Of a stretch of DNA of 64,000 nt, positions 57,227-64,000 are shown piece by piece; position 1 is the stretch's first letter; each line of letters starts with the position of its first letter. The DNA comes from Euryarchaeota archaeon UBA552. GTDB taxonomy: Archaea > Thermoplasmatota > Poseidoniia > Poseidoniales > Thalassarchaeaceae. The stretch covers positions 15,195-79,194 of the forward strand of contig DAMH01000011.1 of NCBI GenBank assembly GCA_002499585.1, given 5' to 3'. The notes below the pieces were generated by a model. The model did no database searches. It was not told where the DNA came from and saw only the letters and a list, made by a program, of their open reading frames with translations. The position numbers and the translations under genes were made by a program.

Positions 57227-57493
57227 ATGGGTCAAGTTGTTGTAAAGTACAAAATCACACTGGATCAACCGGAGGATGAAAAACCAGATTATGATGGAAT
57301 TGCAAAAAAAATTTCCAGCATGGAAGAGGTCCAAGCTATATCCATAAAACCGCTGGCCTTCGGAATGATGTTTATAGAAATAGATGTCGTATTGGGAGAA
57401 GGAGAAGGAATTGTGGATGGTTTCGAGGACAAAGTAAGGGGTGCCGATCCATTGATATCCCAAATCGAGGCCCTAGAAATGGGCAGGCTGTAA
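57227..57493 (+). CDS. Translation elongation factor aEF-1 beta
   Basis: MGQVVVKYKITLDQPEDEKPDYDGIAKKISS...AFGMMFIEIDVVLGEGEG...ISQIEALE matches the archaeal EF1B family. About 88 aa from the ATG at 57227. Confidence 0.75.
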   Translation: MGQVVVKYKITLDQPEDEKPDYDGIAKKISSMEEVQAISIKPLAFGMMFIEIDVVLGEGEGIVDGFEDKVRGADPLISQIEALEMGRL

Positions 57494-57494
57494 A

Positions 57495-58892
57495 TTAGTA
57501 GTGATCCAATGGGGATCTCATGAACTCGCGCATCAGCACAGTAGCATAGCTTCCGGGCGGTAGCACAAATCTGATTCTGAGACTTGCACCCTCTGGGTGC
57601 CACCTTTCACCTTTCCTCGGGCCCTCTGCCCACCGTTCCGAGAGGTCTGAAGGGGCGGGAGGAGCCTCTTCGACAGAGAAATCGGAGAATGGAACTGCCA
57701 AGGCTCTTCTAGTGCCCGTTGTGGACAGTCTTGGTATCTCTGGCACTAACCAGTCGATATTTTGCAGTTCAGAAGTCCTCATGCCTTCCTGTTCGAAATC
57801 CCCTGGAGAACCACCCGCAAACAAGGAACCAGTGCCAGGAAGCGGCCCTGTGACCGCAATACGTCCCTTCAATGCGTTAGCGATACAACGCTCCAGATTC
57901 CATTTGCCCACTATTGTCGACTTACCCGAATCTAGCCGACCGTTTTCTGATATCGGTGCAACTATGTCTCCTATGATTGGACGTGTAATCTCCACCCCTC
58001 CACTCAACCTTGCACGCATGGAGTGATTAAACGCAAGAGATTGAAGTGAATGAATCATCAGTATCTGGAGTGACTGAGGAAGGGTCTTGAAGGCTCCAAT
58101 GTAATCTTGCTCCCGACTATCAAGCCTCTCGAGCATTTTCCTCTCGAAACCAAGGTGCCTCGGTATGATTTCGAGGCATGATCCTGGATCTCTGCTCTCT
58201 CTCCATAACTTTCTGAATTCCTCGACGTCCTCCCTTCTCCCATCACCGGGCATCCCTAGATATGTGGAAACGGCCCCCTCAAAGTCTGAATTTACAACGA
58301 ACCGGCCGACTTTCGGGGTCACCGGCCGGGTCGATCCAAACCTTTGGGGCCCAATCCAATTTGGGAATGCGTCGATACCGAGGAGTTTGCTCATTGAGGT
58401 TTTGATGGATAAAACACGTTGCATAGCCTCTTTGCTGTCCATTGGTTCGCCATCGATATGTGCACATCCCCGTACAGTGACTGTGAATCTATTGCCGTCA
58501 TGATCCCCCATCCCTATCTTCTGATGGGTCCGTCCGAGAATTTCAATTTCTGAGTCCGGGATACTTACTTGTTCTATCACTTTCGATTTGGCATCAACCA
58601 CCATAAGTTGAGTCGTGACTGCCCTCTTGTCTTTCATGCCAGATGAGAAAATCCTGTTTCTGGATATCTTACACGCTGAGGCCAACCGCCCCATGAAACG
58701 ATTAGTCTCCCAATCTCTCAGTGTCACTCTGATAGCTGTAAACCTACCTTTGGGGTCCATGGAGGGGGTGCGGGCCTGTTCTTTTACTCGGAAGTCATCG
58801 ACACGGGTCTTCAATATCCCTCCCGTCCCCCTGCCCTCTACGCAGAAATAATCCAGTCCAAGGTACTCTTCGACCTCACGACGGTCGATCAC
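57495..58892 (-). CDS. truD: tRNA pseudouridine synthase TruD/Pus7
   Basis: GMKDKRAVTTQ motif (TruD catalytic Asp in GxKD). About 465 aa. Other conserved TruD motifs are present. Confidence 0.8.
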   Translation of the reverse strand: MIDRREVEEYLGLDYFCVEGRGTGGILKTRVDDFRVKEQARTPSMDPKGRFTAIRVTLRDWETNRFMGRLASACKISRNRIFSSGMKDKRAVTTQLMVVDAKSKVIEQVSIPDSEIEILGRTHQKIGMGDHDGNRFTVTVRGCAHIDGEPMDSKEAMQRVLSIKTSMSKLLGIDAFPNWIGPQRFGSTRPVTPKVGRFVVNSDFEGAVSTYLGMPGDGRREDVEEFRKLWRESRDPGSCLEIIPRHLGFERKMLERLDSREQDYIGAFKTLPQSLQILMIHSLQSLAFNHSMRARLSGGVEITRPIIGDIVAPISENGRLDSGKSTIVGKWNLERCIANALKGRIAVTGPLPGTGSLFAGGSPGDFEQEGMRTSELQNIDWLVPEIPRLSTTGTRRALAVPFSDFSVEEAPPAPSDLSERWAEGPRKGERWHPEGASLRIRFVLPPGSYATVLMREFMRSPLDHY

Positions 58893-58907
58893 AGAACCAC
58901 CGACTCA

Positions 58908-59165
58908 TCACAGACTGAGGTTAGAAAAATCCTCAATTATAGTCTCGCAAAGCTCAGAAATCACTTTAGACGCGTCCTTTCCCTTCTTGACTCTGAGGTA
59001 TAACTCGGGATCATCCAAGTCAGGATGTCCTGTGAAGAAGTTAGCGTATTCGACATCCGGATGGTCATTGAGCCTTGATCTAAAAAGTTGTAAGGTGGAA
59101 CTCCCCTCACCTTCAATTCTGAGTTTGAGTTCTTTACCGTCATTTGCTAGTAGTCTTACAGGCAT
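58908..59165 (-). CDS. rpo11: DNA-directed RNA polymerase subunit L (Rpo11)
   Basis: From the ATG at 59165: MPVRLLANDGKELKLRIEGEGSSTLQLFRSRLNDHPDVEYANFFTGHPDLDDPELYLRVKKGKD follows the Rpo11/RpoL pattern (...l.i.gE.HTl.n.L...L...p.V.fa.Y...HP...p.l.i.t). Confidence 0.65.
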   Translation of the reverse strand: MPVRLLANDGKELKLRIEGEGSSTLQLFRSRLNDHPDVEYANFFTGHPDLDDPELYLRVKKGKDASKVISELCETIIEDFSNLSL

Positions 59166-59301
59166 GGCAGCGCGTCTGGCACATGGGTTTTGATACCTTC
59201 TCTTCACAACCAACCAAAATTACCCCACAACGGCAGCCGGGATTATACCTCAGATACGTGGACGGTGTGGTATGCGAGGGGGTGACCGCCGACAAGATAA
59301 C

Positions 59302-61824
59302 ATGGCACACCTCTTGGAAAAACATGCGATAAGCATACTCCTGGGCTCCGTATTTGTAACATTACTGATGGCGTCACAGTTATTTCCCCTGCCTGAGTTT
59401 TCCACAGAAGTCTCAGATTTCGCCCCTCCTGACGAGTCAGAGGCCCAAATTAAGTCAATAGAGTCTGAGTTTCCACCTCAGGCTTCGAGGATATACATTA
59501 ATGTAAAAACCACAAATGAGTCCTCAAATCCCCTCTCAATCCCATCTCTTCAAGAGTTGCTGCAAGAAGAGCAGAACGTAGCGGCCTTGGCAATTCAACG
59601 CGATGTCGAAATCATATCCCAGATCAACGTGGCAATCACCATCGACATTTTGATGAAGGAAAGGGACCAATTGTCAGAGCTGTCGGCAGTCTCTGAGTGG
59701 TCTGAAATTGTCGATGTCATTGAGGACGGTGAGGACTGCACCAGCATAGCAGGAGAGTCTGCAGTCACCTCAACAGCGAGTTTTACCGCATCTGTCCTTG
59801 TGAGCAGTGATCTGACCTTCGATGAATTATGCGATTATTTGGATGGCGTGGCAGAATCAGATCCGACTCCGAGAGCATCCTCAACGATGTGGATTATCGA
59901 AGTTTCTCAATCCAGCAATCCAGAATCTTTGAGGGTTTTCTCGTTAGAACTAAGAGATTATCTAACTGAAAAATCTGCTTCTGGAGAATCGCACTTGTCA
60001 TATGGGGTCGTTTCCGAAGAATTGGTGAGTGAGGATATTAACGAGGGCACGCTTTCGAACTTTACAGGACTTTTAGCGATCTCGCTCATTGTGATTGTCG
60101 CTATCCTCGCAATGGCATTCCGATCTGCCGTTATGGTTGCCGCTCCTCTGATTGCACTCACAGCCGCCCTTTCTTGGACCTACGGGTCTGTTGCCTTGGC
60201 CGGAGCCGAATTTACAGTTTTGGACATCGCCGTTGCACCGGTGATCCTGGGCCTCGGTATTGACTATGGTATACACATGCAAAGGGGATATGAGAGAAAC
60301 TTGGCTGCAGGTATGAAACCGGCTAGGGCATGGGTTGGCGCGTTTAGTGCCCTTAGATTGGCACTCAGCCTGTCAGTCATAACGACAGTTACAGCCTTCC
60401 TGTCAAACGCACTGTCTCCGATCGACCCGCTGCAGGCCTTCGGGACTACACTTGCTGTCGGCGTCGTCTGCGCTTTCACTGCAAGCACAGTCACCGTTGG
60501 AGCGATACACGTCGTTTCAGAACGAACTACTGGGAGATATTCGGGAAGGGGGCCCAATTCTAGTAAAATATGGTCCAAATTATCCGAGTTTCAAGACAAA
60601 GGACTCCCAAAGGTGATGGTGGCAGTCGCCATACTGACCATGGCATCTGCGTTGGTTTCGGTCGGTAGATTGGAAACCAGTTTTGAGTTGACTGACTTTT
60701 TGGATGATGACATGGAATCCATGGAAACTAGAGATGAGATATATTCTAACTATGATGTTGAGTTCATCAAGACAGCCATTGTGTTGATGGAATTTGACAA
60801 TGATAGTGAAGCCATCGAAGACCAGACTATTATGGCTACAATCCTAGGCTTACACAGCAGGTTTGTTCTCGATGACAACATAATCAGACCAGATGGCACT
60901 GAGAACAGCAGGCCGCAGTATGAAGGTCTATACACAGTACTTAGAGATAAATTGGAGGTCGACTCTGGTTGGGGGGCGGAATATGGAATTGAGATCTTCG
61001 ACGGAAAAGTCGGACTTTCTGCAGATCATGAGGAGGGCGATTTGGCCGATGCAATATTTGACTTGTCGAGGGACACAGGCCTCGGCGATCCGTTACGAGG
61101 ACACACATGGGGCGATAGGATATCCAGAGTGGTTGTGCTGGATGACGCGACTGGATCATTCAGTTTCCTCATGATGGATGTGAGTGTTACAGCTGCATCA
61201 AGTGAGGACACCGATTCCATTGCAGACCAATTCAAACGGCATGCCTCGTGGTTGCAGTCGGAGGGAGCGTGTGGATGCAATGTTTACCTTTCAGGGGAAA
61301 TAATCGAGATCGAAGCGGTCCTCGATGGACTCTTTATCTCTCAATTAGAGTCCACCGGCCTGAGCCTTGTCGCCTCGTTCCTGGTATTGATGGCGATGAC
61401 CAGAAGGTTCAGTACATCGGCTGTCATAATATTGCCTGTTGCACTTGCCGGCATTTGGGTAGTTGGAACCATGGCATTAGTCGGGTTGAACTGGAATGTC
61501 CTAACCGTCATGATAACTGCACTAACAATTGGTTTGGGTATCGATTATTCGATACATATGTGGCGTAGATTTGAGGATGAAATGTCCCAGGGCGCCGGCA
61601 GGGTCGAAGCGATGAGCCGTACATATTCCGTTACAGGCTCGGCGTTATTGATGTCTGCATTCACTACGGCCTCAGGTTTCCTGGTCCTGATTCTCTCTCC
61701 TATTCCGGTCATACAGGATTTCGGATTTGTGAGCGCATCATCAGTCGCACTTTCGTTGATCCTAGCACTATTTGTTTTACCGTCGCTCCTTTTGTCAGAG
61801 GCCAAGGCAAGAGGCAGGAGTTAG
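59302..61824 (+). CDS. MMPL/RND-superfamily membrane exporter
   Basis: Two-fold arrangement of TM1, a large extracytoplasmic loop, then TM2-6. The conserved GxGIDYxIH motif appears twice (GLGIDYGIHM, GLGIDYSIHM). About 840 aa. Confidence 0.75.
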   Translation: MAHLLEKHAISILLGSVFVTLLMASQLFPLPEFSTEVSDFAPPDESEAQIKSIESEFPPQASRIYINVKTTNESSNPLSIPSLQELLQEEQNVAALAIQRDVEIISQINVAITIDILMKERDQLSELSAVSEWSEIVDVIEDGEDCTSIAGESAVTSTASFTASVLVSSDLTFDELCDYLDGVAESDPTPRASSTMWIIEVSQSSNPESLRVFSLELRDYLTEKSASGESHLSYGVVSEELVSEDINEGTLSNFTGLLAISLIVIVAILAMAFRSAVMVAAPLIALTAALSWTYGSVALAGAEFTVLDIAVAPVILGLGIDYGIHMQRGYERNLAAGMKPARAWVGAFSALRLALSLSVITTVTAFLSNALSPIDPLQAFGTTLAVGVVCAFTASTVTVGAIHVVSERTTGRYSGRGPNSSKIWSKLSEFQDKGLPKVMVAVAILTMASALVSVGRLETSFELTDFLDDDMESMETRDEIYSNYDVEFIKTAIVLMEFDNDSEAIEDQTIMATILGLHSRFVLDDNIIRPDGTENSRPQYEGLYTVLRDKLEVDSGWGAEYGIEIFDGKVGLSADHEEGDLADAIFDLSRDTGLGDPLRGHTWGDRISRVVVLDDATGSFSFLMMDVSVTAASSEDTDSIADQFKRHASWLQSEGACGCNVYLSGEIIEIEAVLDGLFISQLESTGLSLVASFLVLMAMTRRFSTSAVIILPVALAGIWVVGTMALVGLNWNVLTVMITALTIGLGIDYSIHMWRRFEDEMSQGAGRVEAMSRTYSVTGSALLMSAFTTASGFLVLILSPIPVIQDFGFVSASSVALSLILALFVLPSLLLSEAKARGRS

Positions 61825-61884
61825 GCCAAGAGAATCGAACAACAAGACGTTGGGTTTGAATCCTGTACACTCCTCCGCGCCGCC

Positions 61885-63084
61885 GTGCCAGAGTACATTG
61901 CACGCGATCCGAGGACAGGGTTGCCCCTGTCTACAGGCAAGTCTCGGAGTGCAGGTAATCTAGGCCCATTAACCCCTGATCTTGGAAAATGGGCAGTTCT
62001 TCCACTGGATATCATACTCCCCCTTGCCAATCAGAAAATAGCCGCGGCCGAGATACCGTTAGGGGATGGAGGAGGATTCGCCACAAGAAGCGACGCCATA
62101 ATAGCACTTCACAGGGTCAGGGATGAAGATCTTGCTGATGCACACATGTCCTTGTCAGAGGCAATAGATGAGGATGAACCAAAACTCAGGCTATCTGCGA
62201 TAGTCGGCCTGCCTAGAATGATGCTTCGTAGATCTGAGAACCTGATGTACCAGCTAGTTGTGAGGTTAGATGACCCAAATCCCGAGGTTTCTGAAGCCGC
62301 TTGGGAAACACTTGAGAGAATAGCCCCCATATTCCCGTCATCCTCTGAACTGGATATGGAGGAGTTACTGAGGAGGGAATCTCGAAAACACAGGGACAAG
62401 GCCTTCAAAGTCCTCAAGGCTATGTCAAGGGAATGGGTCGAAACAGGCTGTCAGCACTTGGAGACACTACTCAAGGATGAAGATGTGGACTTGAGACGCC
62501 GCGCTTCGAAATTACTCCGAGTAATAACGGATCGCGGGGGGGCGGTGGGATGGGATCTGATCGCATGGGCGCTCGAGGACACAGATTCCAAAGTCAGATC
62601 TTCAGGAGCCGACTGCCTACCGAGATTGGCTTCATCAGAGCCAAGGATTGCTGCTATCCTGGTCGAAGCCTCACTGGGTGAGAAAGATCCCTCTGTCAGG
62701 ATGAAAATCCTCCGGGCCATCAAATCCCTGGACATGCAGAATCCACGGGTTGCACGGCTGGTGATTGACGGTGCATCTGACACCGACATAAAACTCAGGC
62801 GCGCATGCATCTCTCAGCTATCAGCCGTTCTCACCGGGGCCTCTCTGAGGGAGACTGCGGGAGAACTGGCGAGGAACGAGGTCGATCCGGAATTAAAGCG
62901 TCAGCTGATGGCCCTGGCCTACGATCCGGAGATGGAGGGAACTGAGGAGGAAAAGAATAGATATCTGGCAGATCTGGATCCTGTGGAGGATGAAGTCGAG
63001 ATGTTGAAAATGAGTAATACCGACAATACACCCCAGCGAGAAGGTCATAAACAAGAGCAAGGTCGGCAGGCCTACGAGGAATGA
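61885..63084 (+). CDS. HEAT-repeat (PBS-lyase-like) protein
   Basis: Repeated ~30-aa units of the form (D/E)xxxVRxxAxxaLxxI (DEDEPKLRLSAIVGL, DPNPEVSEAAWETL, DEDVDLRRRASKLL, DTDSKVRSSGADCL, EKDPSVRMKILRAI, DTDIKLRRACISQL). Confidence 0.55.
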   Translation: MPEYIARDPRTGLPLSTGKSRSAGNLGPLTPDLGKWAVLPLDIILPLANQKIAAAEIPLGDGGGFATRSDAIIALHRVRDEDLADAHMSLSEAIDEDEPKLRLSAIVGLPRMMLRRSENLMYQLVVRLDDPNPEVSEAAWETLERIAPIFPSSSELDMEELLRRESRKHRDKAFKVLKAMSREWVETGCQHLETLLKDEDVDLRRRASKLLRVITDRGGAVGWDLIAWALEDTDSKVRSSGADCLPRLASSEPRIAAILVEASLGEKDPSVRMKILRAIKSLDMQNPRVARLVIDGASDTDIKLRRACISQLSAVLTGASLRETAGELARNEVDPELKRQLMALAYDPEMEGTEEEKNRYLADLDPVEDEVEMLKMSNTDNTPQREGHKQEQGRQAYEE

Positions 63085-63371
63085 CAATGACCGACGCTGT
63101 CACAGAAAAAGAGGCGCAATTCGAGCGGCTCTGGGCCGGAGAGACTCCCAAGGGTGTAAACCGGACGAAGGCACTGAAATTCAGGCAATACATGAAACAG
63201 CACGTACTCCAGAAATACCACAAAAGGCGTAAAGAGCAATTCGCCAGCGCCGACAAAGGGCACTTCAATCACAGTTTCACCAGCAAACATATGTTCCTAA
63301 CAAAGGAAAATTGCAGGAAGTACTGGATGGGTGAGCTACAACAGGAAATTAAGGACTCGGAGAGTTTCTGA
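63081..63371 (+). CDS. Hypothetical small basic protein (96 aa)
   Basis: ORF only. Start overlaps the stop of the HEAT protein (ATGA). Confidence 0.3.
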   Translation: MTMTDAVTEKEAQFERLWAGETPKGVNRTKALKFRQYMKQHVLQKYHKRRKEQFASADKGHFNHSFTSKHMFLTKENCRKYWMGELQQEIKDSESF

Positions 63372-63380
63372 GGCCTAGCT

Positions 63381-64000
63381 ATGGAGAAAACAGGGTTTTC
63401 GAGATTTGAAATCTCGATTTCAGTATTGAACGCCCTAAACAAAAAGGGATGGGAAAAACCAACTGAAATTCAGCGTGAGACCCTACCCTCAGCACTCAGA
63501 GGAAAGGACATAATCGGACAGGCTCAGACAGGCTCGGGAAAGACAGCCGCGTTCGGAATTCCAATAATAGAGGCAACCAATCCAAAAAAAGTGGTACAAG
63601 CCATAGTTCTCTGTCCAACTAGAGAGCTCGCAATCCAAGTTGCCGAGGAAATGAACTGGCTGCAAGGTGACAAAGGACTGATCATAGAAAATGTCTATGG
63701 TGGGACCGACCTGGAAAGACAAGCCAAGAAACTTGAGGCCGGCGTTGACGTAGTTGTTGGCACACCCGGCAGGGTTATCGACATGGCAAAAAGAGGACAT
63801 CTGCCACTATCCAAGATCAAGACTTTCTGCTTAGATGAAGCCGATAGGATGCTCGATATGGGTTTCTTCCCAGATGTAACATGGATATTCGAACAAGCAC
63901 CTAACAGAGAACAAACGATGCTGTTCAGTGCCACATTCCCCCAGGAAGTTCTCGACGCTTCTGAGGAACTCATGAATGAACCAGAGCAGGTCTTCACGGG
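63381..64000 (+). CDS. DEAD-box ATP-dependent RNA helicase (5' part; continues beyond the window)
   Basis: Translation from the ATG at 63381: MEKTGFSRFEISISVLNALNKKGWEKPTEIQRETLP (Q motif), AQTGSGKTAAF (motif I), PTRELA (Ia), GTPGR, DEAD (FCLDEADRMLDMGF). No stop before the window end, which is why it is absent from the ORF track. Confidence 0.85.
   Translation, partial: MEKTGFSRFEISISVLNALNKKGWEKPTEIQRETLPSALRGKDIIGQAQTGSGKTAAFGIPIIEATNPKKVVQAIVLCPTRELAIQVAEEMNWLQGDKGLIIENVYGGTDLERQAKKLEAGVDVVVGTPGRVIDMAKRGHLPLSKIKTFCLDEADRMLDMGFFPDVTWIFEQAPNREQTMLFSATFPQEVLDASEELMNEPEQVFT

Overview
The window looks like an archaeal chromosome segment, and the lineage call is inference only. Most information-processing genes are archaeal-type: Rpo7/E', Spt4/E'', ribosomal S24e and S27ae, aEF-1beta, Rpo11/L, TruD, RtcB, archease, an archaeal-type AlaRS, DtdA and an XPD helicase. 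Several metabolic genes look bacterial, notably a GuaC-type GMP reductase and an acyl-CoA dehydrogenase. The dominant feature is five very large surface-protein genes of 958, 2977, 2008, 2434 and 1009 aa, which together take up roughly 43% of the 64 kb. Four of them share one layout: a signal or anchor sequence, a huge extracellular region, one C-terminal transmembrane helix and a short acidic cytoplasmic tail. Their domain content is unusual. The 2977-aa protein combines acidic calcium-binding (thrombospondin type 3-like) repeats, a transglutaminase-like core, about twelve tandem Ig-like repeats and a DUF4129-like cytoplasmic end. The 2434-aa protein has three MAM/LamG-like lectin modules and a tyrosine-rich acidic tail. 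The 2008-aa protein has an FG-GAP/integrin-alpha-like propeller followed by CARDB-like domains. The 1009-aa protein is N-anchored and embeds a biotin/lipoyl-like barrel motif among its repeats. This is a combination reported for marine planktonic Thermoplasmatota (Marine Group II-like), so a lineage of that kind is suspected. Housekeeping genes fill the gaps between these giant genes: gdhA, purC, a dGTPase-like HD hydrolase, rtcB, alaS, an aminotransferase, a proline dehydrogenase, a subtilisin, an MMPL/RND exporter and a partial DEAD-box helicase at the window edge. Three tRNAs were found by eye: Leu-UAA, and a divergent Ser-GGA/Thr-GGU pair sitting directly upstream of the 2434-aa gene. No CRISPR array, integrase or transposase was seen. 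The giant genes contain many antisense shadow ORFs, which were discarded.
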